A DNA stretch of 64,000 nt from a virus: IMG/VR virus record IMGVR_UViG_3300031823_000006, positions 6,151 through 70,150 of that record. One strand, given 5' to 3'. The translations under genes were made by a program, and so were the position numbers. The notes under the pieces are model-generated. The model saw only the letters and a program-made list of their open reading frames with translations. It was not told the origin of the DNA and ran no database searches. Below are positions 19,087 to 29,528 of the stretch, piece by piece (positions within the stretch are counted from its first letter, which is position 1; every line of letters begins with the position of its first letter).

Positions 19087-21887
19087 CCGCCGCTCGCCGC
19101 CTTTCGCATCGCTTGAGCATGGCTCGCACCGAGCGAGCGCAGCCTGTCATTTCGCGCGTCTGATCCGTCGCCCTCTTGGATCGGATCGTCGTGTACGACC
19201 ACGCTCTTGCCGCGCATCATCGCCATCGTGGCCGCGAGCTTACCGACGTGCCGCGCCTCGCGGTCAGTCGTCGCCGTCTCGTCCGCCGTGGAGTGAGCCT
19301 TCAGCGCGGCGTGCTCGGGGATGCGTTCACGCATCGCAGGGATCGAGACGTGGACCGCATCGTGCGGGATCGCCGTGCCTGCGCCCTTGACAGTGTGGAC
19401 CGCCCCCCCACCGGGCGAGCGCGTGGCAACCATCGCCACCGGCCCACTGTCCTGCGCCTTCGGGTTGTCGAGCACGTGCTTGATGATCTGGCCGTGAACC
19501 ATCGCACGACCCTTCGAGAACTTGCCTCCCTTGGCGTGGAAGTCGAACGTGTCCTTCGGGCCGCTCTTGCCGGCGATGGCGCCGATGGTGTCCTTGCGCG
19601 CACGATCGCGCTCCTGTAGGCGCGAGTCCAGGATGGCGCCCATGACGCCGCCACCGTCGCCCTGCTGCATGATGTCATCGACGGGGTGCAGTTCGTCCCA
19701 CGCCACCGTCTTGATCGAGCCCGGCTGGCCGACGCCGGTGATATCGCGCACTTCGGGCTTCGCGCTGTTCGGATCGACGCCCACAAAGCGGTGCTCCTTA
19801 CCGCCGACCTTCACGCGGCTGTAGCTGTGATACCGCGTCGATCCGCCGAGACTCGCAGGATCGTTCGACGCCGCGCTCAGCTTGAACGCATCCTTCACCG
19901 CATCCTCCGGTGTGCGCTTCTCGTCTCCGAGCGACCAGCCCGACGAGCTCCACCGGCTCGGCGTGTCAGCACGCCACACCTTGCGGCCGTCAGGCGTAGC
20001 GACGTGCGTGATCGCGTGGCCGCTCGGCAAGCGCACGGAGTCGCCAAGGTTCATCGACTTCACCCGAGCGAGAGTGTCCGCGTGGCCCAGCGGCTTCGCG
20101 CCGTCGATCTCGGCCTCCATCAGCCGACGTTCCGCCTCGGTGATCTTGCCGTGGCGTGCCTTGCGCAGCGCCTCAACCTGATTCGTGCGGATAGCGTGAG
20201 CGCGTGCCGCGGCGTGCTCGTCGCTTGTGAGCTTCACGCCCGTCAGCGCCTTACCAAACGCCGCCCGATCCTTCTTCACCATATCCGCACTACCTTTGTG
20301 CGGCGAGATGCGCCGCGCAGCCTCCAGCGCCGCCGGCTTCGGCCGCTTATGCGCTGGCAGGTGCGACCACTCATCGGCCTCGCGGAGTTGCAGCGGCCCG
20401 TGCCCCTTGTCGGTGTCGTGCAGCGCCTTGATCGCATCGCTGTGGCGGGCGAACGTCATCATCTTGCCCTTCGGGGTGCTCGCCTTCCACAAGCCGCTGT
20501 TATGGAGAGCACCCATGCCGGTCACGTGCGTCGTCATGCCGATCACATGCTCGTGACCGCTGCCGTTGGAGCCCTTGCGCACCGAATGAACAAAGCCCTC
20601 GAAGCCCGCAAGTCCCTTCCCGTGCCCCGAGCCCAGCTTGCCGCGCCGGCTCGTGACGCCCGAGACGATCTGCTCACCCTTCCCGACGTGATCCGCCTCG
20701 CTCAGCTTGCCGGCCTTGGCGTGGCGCAATAGCACCGTCGCAGCCGACGACGGCGACTTGACCATATCCCCGACCTGCTTGCCTTTGTCGTCGTGGATGC
20801 TGTGCATGTGGTCGGCCAGCGTCCCGTGCTTGACGATGTGGAAGCTCCCGACGTGAATCAGATCGCTTGTCTTCATCCCTCGGATGCGCTTCGTCAGATC
20901 GCCATGCGTCGTCTTCGCGGGGTCCAACGCCTCCGCAAGCTGCTCCTGCATCGGGTCCTTGATGCCCCACTTCTTCGCCATCTTCGAGACGAGCGCCGCG
21001 CCTTTCTTGTAGTCGCCGTGCTTCGACTTGGCGAGGATCGCGGCCGATTTCAAGTCCTCCGGCTTGCCGATCGGATAGGCGATCGAGCCGTCCGCGTTCT
21101 TGATGGCCTGCCCCTTCGCCAGAAGCGACCTGCGCTCGGCCTGATTGATCGTGCGCTCCTGCACCACGAGCACTGCGGCCTCGGCCAGCGATCCGGCCTT
21201 GTGACCCGCTAGCGGTGCCTCGCACGCCGGGCACATCTTGTCCGGCAGCTTGAGCGAGCCGCACTTCGGGCACGGACCCGCGCCCGGTGCGCTGCTGATC
21301 TTCTTCAGGTAGTTCGTGAACTTGCCGGAGCCGAGCTCGCGTGTGCGTGTCGCCTCCACAAGCGTCAGCGCTTCCGCTGCCCGCTCGGCCAGTTCGTCCA
21401 GCACGTGCTCGCGCGGTGAGAGCGGGCGCCAGTCAGCCCATTCGACACGGCCAAGCGCGGCCTCCAGCACGTCGGCGCCGAGCGTCATCTCGATCGCCTC
21501 CAGCACTTCGAGCTCGTGATCGCAGATCGCGCCGGTGTCCGTCACAGTGACCGTCACGTCGCTGGCCTGCGTCGCCACGGCCTTCCCGGCACGATGCAAA
21601 CGCGAGAGCGCACGGTCCTTCTCCCACTGGCCCACGGCGAGCGCCGACGCGGCCTTCGTGCCCTTGTCGGCATGGCGAGATTTGAGCCACCGCTTCGGCG
21701 CCGACACCGCAATAGCCTCGGCCTGAGACTGCGGCATCCCGCGCTTCGTCATCAGCGCGTGGACGATGTGCTGAATGTAGGCCGGCTGTTCGCCGCGGTT
21801 GCCCGGCTTCAGTTTCGTCAGCCAATTGCGACCACCGTGTCCGGTGGGCTCCGGGGTCCTGGCCTTCAGAAGCGAGTCGGCGGGCAT
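19083..21887 (-). CDS. 934-aa multidomain head-associated protein with degenerate zeta-toxin-like C-terminus
   Basis: Basic modules separated by (L/I/V)xE(A/R) motifs; lies between gpF-like gene and protease. Confidence 0.65.
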   Translation of the reverse strand: MPADSLLKARTPEPTGHGGRNWLTKLKPGNRGEQPAYIQHIVHALMTKRGMPQSQAEAIAVSAPKRWLKSRHADKGTKAASALAVGQWEKDRALSRLHRAGKAVATQASDVTVTVTDTGAICDHELEVLEAIEMTLGADVLEAALGRVEWADWRPLSPREHVLDELAERAAEALTLVEATRTRELGSGKFTNYLKKISSAPGAGPCPKCGSLKLPDKMCPACEAPLAGHKAGSLAEAAVLVVQERTINQAERRSLLAKGQAIKNADGSIAYPIGKPEDLKSAAILAKSKHGDYKKGAALVSKMAKKWGIKDPMQEQLAEALDPAKTTHGDLTKRIRGMKTSDLIHVGSFHIVKHGTLADHMHSIHDDKGKQVGDMVKSPSSAATVLLRHAKAGKLSEADHVGKGEQIVSGVTSRRGKLGSGHGKGLAGFEGFVHSVRKGSNGSGHEHVIGMTTHVTGMGALHNSGLWKASTPKGKMMTFARHSDAIKALHDTDKGHGPLQLREADEWSHLPAHKRPKPAALEAARRISPHKGSADMVKKDRAAFGKALTGVKLTSDEHAAARAHAIRTNQVEALRKARHGKITEAERRLMEAEIDGAKPLGHADTLARVKSMNLGDSVRLPSGHAITHVATPDGRKVWRADTPSRWSSSGWSLGDEKRTPEDAVKDAFKLSAASNDPASLGGSTRYHSYSRVKVGGKEHRFVGVDPNSAKPEVRDITGVGQPGSIKTVAWDELHPVDDIMQQGDGGGVMGAILDSRLQERDRARKDTIGAIAGKSGPKDTFDFHAKGGKFSKGRAMVHGQIIKHVLDNPKAQDSGPVAMVATRSPGGGAVHTVKGAGTAIPHDAVHVSIPAMRERIPEHAALKAHSTADETATTDREARHVGKLAATMAMMRGKSVVVHDDPIQEGDGSDARNDRLRSLGASHAQAMRKAASGG

Positions 21888-21895
21888 CGCAGGGA

Positions 21896-21925
21896 AGGGT
21901 ACTCGCGCGCAGCACGCGAAACCGC
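21896..21925 (-). promoter_or_regulatory. Late-type promoter GCGGTT-N18-TACCCT
   Basis: 8 nt upstream of the ATG at 21887. Confidence 0.6.
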
Positions 21926-21935
21926 GCCGACCCCC

Positions 21936-22520
21936 TCAGCAGTTGGCGTGTGCCCACTTCCGCGGGCGCACCTGCACGATTTCTTCCCCGACCTCGATCG
22001 GCTCGTGACATTCCACGCAGCGGCCACGCAGCACCGAGCGTTGATGCGCCTGCGCTGGCGCCTCCAGCACAGCGACACCCGATGAACCTGCGGGTAGCGC
22101 AGCAGGTGACGGGCGGTGTGTCAGGTTCGCCGGCGATGGCCCACGACGCCCATTGCTCCCCGAGTCGATCGCACTCCTGTCGTGCTCGCCATCGGACTCC
22201 AGGCGAAGTTCGCTGAACAACCGCATCAGCGCGCGCTCCGCCGGCGTCTCCGGCTCGCGGTCATAGCCGCGGCGCCATGCGTCCTTGCCCTCCAACACAG
22301 CGACGCGGATCAACTGGCGATCCCGCGTGTCCGCCGGCCACACCACACACCCATCCGGTCGGTCCTCGTGCGCGGTGCTCGTCGTCGTCAGCTTGCAGCC
22401 GGGACGCACCGCTCGATCCCACGCCGCATCGAAGTCCAATCCCTCCTCGCGGGACTCCGCGAGCAACATGCGAAGCTGGCGATGCGCCGGCTCGTACTTC
22501 TCTGGCCTACCCATCAGCAC
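21936..22520 (-). CDS. Hypothetical protein with C-terminal Zn ribbon
   Basis: GRCVECHEPIEVGE...WAHANC. Confidence 0.55.
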   Translation of the reverse strand: MLMGRPEKYEPAHRQLRMLLAESREEGLDFDAAWDRAVRPGCKLTTTSTAHEDRPDGCVVWPADTRDRQLIRVAVLEGKDAWRRGYDREPETPAERALMRLFSELRLESDGEHDRSAIDSGSNGRRGPSPANLTHRPSPAALPAGSSGVAVLEAPAQAHQRSVLRGRCVECHEPIEVGEEIVQVRPRKWAHANC

Positions 22521-23392
22521 ACCCCCGCTAGTCGATCGAACGTCAGCACGTCCACCATTCCGTGAGCGGCCAACGCCTCACGAAGCGGCCCGACCTGCTG
22601 CTCAAGTGCGAACTGCTCACCCTCCAACGCCTCCATCACGATCCCGCGACTGAGCGATTCCGCCTCCGGCAGCGTCGGCACATCACCCGGCTTCATCCAC
22701 CCCGACTTGATCGCCGCCATGTAGCCCTCCAGGTGACACGGGCAGCCGGGATGGCGTGGCGGATGCAGCTTGTCGAGGATCGCCCACGGCCAGAAGCGTT
22801 CACCCATCACGAGACACCCCGGCGTGTGCTCCTTCACGAACGGGCTCAGCTTCCAATAGGCGCCCTGCGGTGACTGCGAGCGCAGCACGAGCGCGTTCAG
22901 CCCACCGACCGCACGCCCGAACATCGCCGCCGAGCGCTGTTCCTCATAGCGCTGCTCGCGTTCCATCAGCGCGCGCATCGCATCCGATCGCGCCTGACCT
23001 TCTGGCATGGCGAGAATCTGCGGGAGCGCCGCCTTCACACGGAGCTCCTGCGCCTTGGCGAACTGCGCCGCGCGTTCGGCCTCCAGCGCGAGCAGTCCCT
23101 TCAGGTCGGTGCCCGACTCGCCGCTGGCCTTCGCCTGCGCGAGCAGCACGGCCGTCAACTGTTCCTCGTCCAGCGCACGCTTCTTCGCCATGAACGCGAT
23201 CAGCGCGCCAAGGATCGCCGCTGTGGCGGCAGCCCTGGCGCTCGCTGCTGGCACTTCGCCAGCCGCAGCCGCCGGCGAGATAGCGGCGCCCGCGCCGGCG
23301 CTGCGCACGAGTGCTCGAAGCTGTTCCGGGTTCTGCTGTGCAAGCGGCTTCGCCTGGTAGGCCGCGACCTCCAGAAGCGCCGACGACTCCAC
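22514..23392 (-). CDS. Head morphogenesis protein (Mu gpF/SPP1 gp7-like)
   Basis: HTPGC...PPRHPGCPC; follows the portal. Confidence 0.75.
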   Translation of the reverse strand: MESSALLEVAAYQAKPLAQQNPEQLRALVRSAGAGAAISPAAAAGEVPAASARAAATAAILGALIAFMAKKRALDEEQLTAVLLAQAKASGESGTDLKGLLALEAERAAQFAKAQELRVKAALPQILAMPEGQARSDAMRALMEREQRYEEQRSAAMFGRAVGGLNALVLRSQSPQGAYWKLSPFVKEHTPGCLVMGERFWPWAILDKLHPPRHPGCPCHLEGYMAAIKSGWMKPGDVPTLPEAESLSRGIVMEALEGEQFALEQQVGPLREALAAHGMVDVLTFDRLAGVC

Positions 23393-23399
23393 CAGTCGC

Positions 23400-25475
23400 C
23401 TACCGCGTGACGAGCTCGCGGGTTGTCGGCTCCGCGGGCTTCTCGATATGGATAGCTGCTGCGACCGCCGGCGTCGAGACGATCGCCGTGAACAAGTCGC
23501 CTGACGCCTGCACATAGCGCTCGACGGGATCACGCAAGTCATCGGGCAGCCATTCGGCCTGCTGCATCGCGCCGGAGCCTTTCACCTTGTCCGGTGCGGT
23601 ACTCGACTGCTTGGCGCCGGTGCCGGTGCTCGCGGGCTTGCCATCCGTGCCCGTCTTCGCGCCACCGCTCGCGCCCTGTGTCTGACCTGGCGCTCCCTTC
23701 TGCGGCATCGGTGGCTGCGTCAAGTCCTTGCGGATGCGGCCAGCACCCGGCAACAGCAGCGTGTCGAGCGGCGACGTGGTGCCGGCGTCGGGCAATGGCA
23801 GCAGCGCCTTGTCGGGCGGGAATACCTCGTCCACGAGTCCCTGTACGTCATCCACCTGGAGCCCTTCGCTCACCGCGAACGCCAGCAGCGCACGACGCAG
23901 AGCGAGGTTCGTTCCCATCGGATCGAACGCCACGAGCGTCTGCACCACGAACGTCGTCACGTCCGGCAGCGCACGGCGCCCCGGCTTCGGCATCTCGAAG
24001 GTGAAGCGGAAGTCCTTGCCGGTGAGCTTTTCTGCCTGACGCTTCTCCATCGCCTCGGACAGACGCAGTTCGCCAAGGCCCTTCTCGCCCTCCGCCAGCG
24101 CGTCAGCGGATGCGATGTTGCCGCCGAACTTGCCCGCGTTCACCGCAGCTTCGATCACACGGTCAACGAACCACGTGTATAGCTCCTCGAAATACTGCTG
24201 CCACGTCTGCACGAGCATCAGCACAGGGAGCTCCAGCGTCGTCGCCGTGGCGAGGTTCGCGTTCGAGGCGTCGCCAAGGTAGTGCTGCCCGAAGCCCGAG
24301 CTCGCCGCGATCGGCGCACGGATGATCGTGGCGTCCTGCGCCGCTGCGCTCGCACCGCTGTTCAGCGAGAGAGACTGGAGCGTGTCCGACTCGTTCTCGT
24401 TCCAAATCGAGCCCGGTGGCACCGGCGCCTGGCGAGCTCCCCACATTCGGCGCTCCTCGACCATCCGCGGGAAGTCGCCGGAGCCCGAGAGCACATCGCG
24501 CGAGGAGAGCTCCCCGGCCTGATTCAGCAGACCCTCCGCCTGGCGCCTCACCATGTTCGGTGTGCCGCGGATCACGCGCTTGGCGACGAACGCCGTGGCC
24601 GCCTGCGCCATCGTCACCCGCGCCTCGGTGAACTGATTCATGGCGCTGTAGAAACGGAGTGAACGCGCGAATGGTGGAATACCGAAGTGCTGCTCGCCCA
24701 ATCTGTTAATCGAGACGGGGTACACCTTGCCGGCGCCCAACTGATCGGGCTTGATATCCGGCAACGGCTCCAGCGTCGAGTCGGCTTCTCTCTCCTTTTC
24801 AGCCAATTCGAGGTTCTGCCAATGCGGGTAATACTTCAGCACCGGCAAGCCGAGCGCGCCCATCGTGGACTCGTCAAACGCCGGCGTGTGTGTCTTTGTG
24901 TTCCACTTGTACTTGCGCTCACGAGCGAGGTAATAGAGAGCGCGCCGGCGATTCTCCGGGTCGGGCACCACGTCGATCACGTCGTCAAAGTTCATCCAAC
25001 CCACCTTCACCGTGCCGCCGCCCTCGAACAACAGCGCGAGAAGGTTGGCCTGCGTCTTCAGATCGTTCGACGCCGCGCGCTGCGCACCGAAGCCCGTCAG
25101 TTCCGCAAGGTTGCCGGGGTCAGTCCACGCCGCATCGACCTCATCCTGCACGTCCGAGTCCACACACCGCGGCCGACCGATGCCACGACCGAAGGCGAAG
25201 TCGGCCAGCATCTCGACCTCGCGCCCCGCCAGCGGGTCCGAGATGAACGCCACGCGCGAGCGCTGCGCGAGCTTCTGGCGACGATCCGGCCTGATCTCCT
25301 GCGGCCGAGAATTGAAGTAGTCGAGCGTGCCGTAAGCGAGCTCCTGTGCCTGCGCCGTGAACTGCTGAAACTCGCCGGCGGCCTCCTCTAGAGCTCGCAC
25401 ACGTTGGGTTGGCTGGACCGTGACCCCTAGAAGATCACTGGCTGCGTCAGCGATGCGATTGCGCCATCCCGCCAT
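23400..25475 (-). CDS. Portal protein
   Basis: 691 aa; DPLAGR...DFAFGRG, HYLGDASNANLATATTLELP. Confidence 0.85.
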   Translation of the reverse strand: MAGWRNRIADAASDLLGVTVQPTQRVRALEEAAGEFQQFTAQAQELAYGTLDYFNSRPQEIRPDRRQKLAQRSRVAFISDPLAGREVEMLADFAFGRGIGRPRCVDSDVQDEVDAAWTDPGNLAELTGFGAQRAASNDLKTQANLLALLFEGGGTVKVGWMNFDDVIDVVPDPENRRRALYYLARERKYKWNTKTHTPAFDESTMGALGLPVLKYYPHWQNLELAEKEREADSTLEPLPDIKPDQLGAGKVYPVSINRLGEQHFGIPPFARSLRFYSAMNQFTEARVTMAQAATAFVAKRVIRGTPNMVRRQAEGLLNQAGELSSRDVLSGSGDFPRMVEERRMWGARQAPVPPGSIWNENESDTLQSLSLNSGASAAAQDATIIRAPIAASSGFGQHYLGDASNANLATATTLELPVLMLVQTWQQYFEELYTWFVDRVIEAAVNAGKFGGNIASADALAEGEKGLGELRLSEAMEKRQAEKLTGKDFRFTFEMPKPGRRALPDVTTFVVQTLVAFDPMGTNLALRRALLAFAVSEGLQVDDVQGLVDEVFPPDKALLPLPDAGTTSPLDTLLLPGAGRIRKDLTQPPMPQKGAPGQTQGASGGAKTGTDGKPASTGTGAKQSSTAPDKVKGSGAMQQAEWLPDDLRDPVERYVQASGDLFTAIVSTPAVAAAIHIEKPAEPTTRELVTR

Positions 25476-25862
25476 CTAAGCCGTCTCCTCGACAAAATAG
25501 CCGGTATCGGGCAGCGCCCAATCCCCGCCTCCGAAGTCGCCCTCCGCAAACATGCCCTCGGTCCCGTCATCTTGCGGCGCCAACGTGCGTTCGTGCTCGT
25601 CTCGACGTTCACGCTCACGCTCGTACACCGGACACTGGACATAGCTGTTGCGGGCACCTGGCGGACCCTCACCGCAGCAGTAGACGTGCAAGCTCGTCGG
25701 GTCGTTGTAGAGCGTCAGCAGCACGCCGGCCTCGGCGTCCTCGATCTTGCCGTCCCGCATCTCGCGGAACCACACACCGCAGAGCACGCCGGGACCTCGA
25801 TCGGGTGGCCCAGCGATCGGTGTCGCCGCCGGGCACGTCGGACGTTTCAGTCGCTCCTCCAC
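25476..25862 (-). CDS. Hypothetical Cys-containing protein
   Basis: 128 aa abutting the portal; TACCGT -10 7 nt upstream. Confidence 0.5.
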   Translation of the reverse strand: MEERLKRPTCPAATPIAGPPDRGPGVLCGVWFREMRDGKIEDAEAGVLLTLYNDPTSLHVYCCGEGPPGARNSYVQCPVYERERERRDEHERTLAPQDDGTEGMFAEGDFGGGDWALPDTGYFVEETA

Positions 25863-26078
25863 GCGCAGGACGGTACGCGCGAGAGCGGACGGTTCAGCGC
25901 TGGCGGAGCTCGTCCCTCACGGCGTCGATCTCCCTGCGCAGCGCCGGGAGCTTCGCTTCCAAGTCCGCGAGCCAATTGCTCATGGTGTCCAAGCGCTTGA
26001 CGATCGCAGCGTTGCGACGCAGCTTCGCGTCATCCTCGATCGACACCTGCTCAGCGCCACCGGCGGCAGCCTTCGCCA

Positions 26079-26381
26079 TTAAACGAACTTCTCCGGTGGC
26101 GCGATCTCGACCGTGAACGCCGTGAGCGGACGGTTCGCCTTCCCGTCAGGGCGCCTCGGCCAGCGGGTGCTCTGACGCCTCCACTCCTCCAGCGCGTCAC
26201 GGTGAGACGGCCAGCGCTTCGCCGCGCCGAGCGCCGGCGTCGTGAGAATGTGCGCGAGCATCACCGTCCCATCCGGTGCGCGGCCCTCGCGGTCGGCGTC
26301 GTACTCGACAAGGAACTGCCCATCGAACGGCGTGGCGCCTCCGTTAACGAGTCCGACGACCTGCATGACGACCTCGCTCAT
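26079..26381 (-). CDS. Hypothetical protein
   Basis: MSEVVMQ...RRPDGKANRPLTAFTVEI; coupled gene. Confidence 0.55.
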   Translation of the reverse strand: MSEVVMQVVGLVNGGATPFDGQFLVEYDADREGRAPDGTVMLAHILTTPALGAAKRWPSHRDALEEWRRQSTRWPRRPDGKANRPLTAFTVEIAPPEKFV

Positions 26382-27022
26382 CTCAGCGCCACAGCCCGAG
26401 ACAAAGCGCGAACGCGCACAACGGGCCACCCACGAACACCACGAGCCAAATCATCGCTCAAGCCCCCCCCCCCGACAGTCCAGCGTCGAGGACTTCCCTG
26501 GCAGCCGCGGCGGCCTCCGCGTCATCCCACCGATCGACCTCAGCACGCAGGATGCCCACCGCGGCGCCGTCGAGCGCGGGCAGCAGGATCGCCAGCAGCT
26601 TGCGGCGCGCGCAGTCCCGCGCGAGCAGGATCGCCACACGCCGGCGCAAGATCGGATCGCCGCGCATCTCCTCGACGTCGCCGGCGAGCACGTCACGGAT
26701 CGAGTCCTCGGTGATCCTCAGCACACGCTCCATCAGACACCCATCCGCCGGCGCACAGCGTCCAGGCGCGGACACACAAACGTCGGCATCGTGCAGCCAC
26801 CGCCGAGCGCATGGAGCTCCGCGCGAGTCATCCCCGCGCGGAGCCCACACTTGCACGTACCCCGTGCGTGCGCTTTCAGCGCCTCGCGCAGACGGCGTTG
26901 CCAGTCCCGTGACCTGGCCCTCGCTGCTGCACGATGCGCCTTCTGCAATGAGCGATGGCGACGCCGAGCCTCCCGCTCCTCGGCGCGCACATCGCTCCCC
27001 GCGGGGAAGGCGGCCATGACGC

Positions 27023-27412
27023 TCATTCCTTCCCCACAAGCTGATCGGCCTTCGCCAAGAACGCGGCGGCCTCCTCCGGCGTGCGCCCCTCGACCATGCG
27101 CAGCGCCTTGACGCGCTCCGCCTTGCGATCGACACCTTCAAGTCGATCGAGCTCACGCTGCACGATGGCGGCATACTCCGCGAGCTCGTCCGCCGCGCTC
27201 CGCAACCGTTCGAGCTCGTAGCGATCCTGCTCGGCGTCTCCCTGCGTCGTGCGCGTCCTGATCGCCCGCGAGAACCACCGCTGCATCGCGTTCGTGGCAG
27301 CCTCCAGCCGACGCTCACAATCGAAATGCGAGTATCGCTTGCCGCCCTTCGACTCGTAGTAGCGGAAGGTGTAACCGTCGCCCGTGCGCTCGATGATGTG
27401 GCCCTCGCTCAT
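27023..27412 (-). CDS. Hypothetical protein (DUF2786-like C-terminus)
   Basis: RVKALR...TPEEAAAFLAKADQL. Confidence 0.5.
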   Translation of the reverse strand: MSEGHIIERTGDGYTFRYYESKGGKRYSHFDCERRLEAATNAMQRWFSRAIRTRTTQGDAEQDRYELERLRSAADELAEYAAIVQRELDRLEGVDRKAERVKALRMVEGRTPEEAAAFLAKADQLVGKE

Positions 27413-27599
27413 TGCTTACCACCGGGCCACACGTGCAACTCCGTCTCGACGTTGTAGACGCTAAAGCGACCATCCGCATAGGCCAATTCGATCCTCTTCT
27501 CGCTTTGGAAAGCGATGCCCGTCACCTTCTCCTGCCCTCGCGCTCGCAGCACAACGTCGCCCACGCGCACATCGCCGGCAGGTATCAGTTTCGCGCGCA

Positions 27600-28583
27600 T
27601 CAGGCGTCCCTCGCCAGTTCGATCCCGCGAGCGATCGAATCTTCGTCGGCTGCCTCCAGATCGCACTCCTCCTCGTAGCGCTCCAGGTCCAGGTGCGCCT
27701 CGATCGCCGCCTGCACGGTCGAGGCGAGCACGTCCGGCGGCATCGCCTCAAGCTGGCATGTGTCGCCAACCCAATTCACCGAACGCGAGTCGCTGCGCTT
27801 GGGGGGAGCGGTCGGAAGATCGTGCTCGATCACCTGACCCTCGGTGAGCGCGATGCGTTCCGGGCGCAGGTCGATCGAGCGGCCCTCCGCCACGTGCTCC
27901 TTCAGCCGTCCGATGCCCTTCGCCTTCAGTCCCATCAGCCGGGCAATGTTGTCGTCCTGGCGCTGCTCCAGCGCGTGCATCGTCATCAGCACGAAGCGCC
28001 GTGCGTCTTCGCTCATGGCGTCGAAGATGGACTCGCCGCTCGGGTCGTAATCGCCCACGTGCAGGAACACGGTCGGCACATCGCGCCGAAGCGCGCGCTG
28101 CGCGATCTCGTGCGTGACCGTGACCGACGAGAATCCCCCCGTCGAGAACACGGGCACGCTGAACTGGTAGGCGACGCGCTGCAACTGCGGCACCATGCCT
28201 GCGGCCTCGCACCACAACTCGATCGCCACGTCCTGACCAGCGAGCCGGTTGCGCGAATAGTGCTCGCCCATTTTCTCGATTTCGTCCCAGAAGCCGCTCA
28301 CGTCATCGTGGACGCGGGGAGCTCCGCCGCTCGTGCCGTCGTCCCTGATCGCGCTGAATGGGATCATCCCTGCGCGGCGCGCACGGACAAGGTGCTCACA
28401 CAGCCGCGCGTAAGCCTGCTCCGTCTTGTCGTAGCCGAACTGCCCGACGAGCCGATAGAACACCTGCCGCGCCGTCACGGGCAGGAAATCCTTGTATTCG
28501 GTCAACACCGTCTGCACCTGCTGGAGCAGTTCGACCGTCTCTGCCTTCGGGCTCCAGGTGGCAAATCCACGGGGTCGTGCCAT
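27600..28583 (-). CDS. Topo VI-A/Spo11-like Toprim protein
   Basis: TARQVFYRLV (HTH), IELWCE, GGFSS, LHVGDYDPSG (Toprim DxD). Confidence 0.75.
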   Translation of the reverse strand: MARPRGFATWSPKAETVELLQQVQTVLTEYKDFLPVTARQVFYRLVGQFGYDKTEQAYARLCEHLVRARRAGMIPFSAIRDDGTSGGAPRVHDDVSGFWDEIEKMGEHYSRNRLAGQDVAIELWCEAAGMVPQLQRVAYQFSVPVFSTGGFSSVTVTHEIAQRALRRDVPTVFLHVGDYDPSGESIFDAMSEDARRFVLMTMHALEQRQDDNIARLMGLKAKGIGRLKEHVAEGRSIDLRPERIALTEGQVIEHDLPTAPPKRSDSRSVNWVGDTCQLEAMPPDVLASTVQAAIEAHLDLERYEEECDLEAADEDSIARGIELARDA

Positions 28584-29035
28584 CAGTTGTCCCCCTCAGC
28601 GCACCACGACTCGATCTCGCGCGCCGTCGCCTCTTCCTGCGCGGCAATGCCGAGCGCGGCGCGATCCTCCTCCGGCTCATCGCGTCCGATCTCCCAGCAT
28701 GGCTCGCACAGATCGCCGTGTTCGCGCGGGAGACGCTGGCAGCGCACGCACCGCTCGCGCGCCGGCGACAACCCCGCGCGCAGGACACCGATGGCGTCCA
28801 AGTCACGGCCTGCCTGCTCGCTCACGAGCCTGCGGAGCTCGTCGCTTACCTGGCCGCGGCTGTGCTCGCGCAGGTACGTGATCCGTGCATCCAAGTCGCC
28901 GCGGTCCATCAGTACCTCGACGCCCTCCGGTACTTCTACCGACGCGATGCCCTCACGGGCGATCTTGTCCTCGCGCTGCTGCTGCTCAATCTCGGCGTCG
29001 AGCGCGGCGACGCCTGCAACGGGGTCCTTCGTCAT
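28583..29035 (-). CDS. Hypothetical Zn-finger protein
   Basis: CxxC...CxxC; has a motif-bearing leader. Confidence 0.55.
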   Translation of the reverse strand: MTKDPVAGVAALDAEIEQQQREDKIAREGIASVEVPEGVEVLMDRGDLDARITYLREHSRGQVSDELRRLVSEQAGRDLDAIGVLRAGLSPARERCVRCQRLPREHGDLCEPCWEIGRDEPEEDRAALGIAAQEEATAREIESWCAEGDN

Positions 29036-29050
29036 GGCCTACCTTCCTTC

Positions 29051-29095
29051 ACTCGGGTCGGCAAAGCCTATCACACGAAAGGTAACGCTGTTACC
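29051..29095 (-). promoter_or_regulatory. Leader 8-mer variant (ACCCGAGT) + TGnTAGGCT -10 + inverted palindrome
   Basis: Palindrome at 29081-29095 is in the opposite orientation to the other copies. Confidence 0.7.
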
Positions 29096-29111
29096 CCGCT
29101 GGACGAATGAT

Positions 29112-29528
29112 CTACTCGCCGGCTGCCTGTCTCCGTGCCAACTCGGCCTCGACTTCCGGCTTCCGTGCCAGCGCGAGCTCGCGCAACCGTTCGGCGTGCG
29201 CGCGCTGCGCCTTGTGCGCCTCGAAGTGCTCCACGTCGAACTCGTAAGCCATCATCGTGAAGCCGTCGATCAGGTAGCCCACGATCTCCAGCGCCGTCTC
29301 CTCCGTCAGCGGCAGACCGGCCTTCGTAGCTACCGATCGCCACGCCATTTCCGCGGCCACGGCCACCGGCCCGTAGAGCTCGGGCACGAGCAGCGCAGCC
29401 TCCGGCGTGTCCCTGATCGCCACGTAGACCGCGTGCGCGATCCGCTGACGCACCTCGTGGCCGGGGTCCTTCTTCGCCTGGATCGACGCAGCAGCGTCCA
29501 GCAGCCGACGAGAGCGCGGCCGGCTCAC
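29112..29528 (-). CDS. Hypothetical protein
   Basis: 138 aa, coupled. Confidence 0.5.
   Translation of the reverse strand: MSRPRSRRLLDAAASIQAKKDPGHEVRQRIAHAVYVAIRDTPEAALLVPELYGPVAVAAEMAWRSVATKAGLPLTEETALEIVGYLIDGFTMMAYEFDVEHFEAHKAQRAHAERLRELALARKPEVEAELARRQAAGE

Noticed and set aside
27600-28583. Toprim gene as Wadjet JetD or Topo VI
   Set aside because: No jetABC/SMC or Topo VI-B partner in the window.
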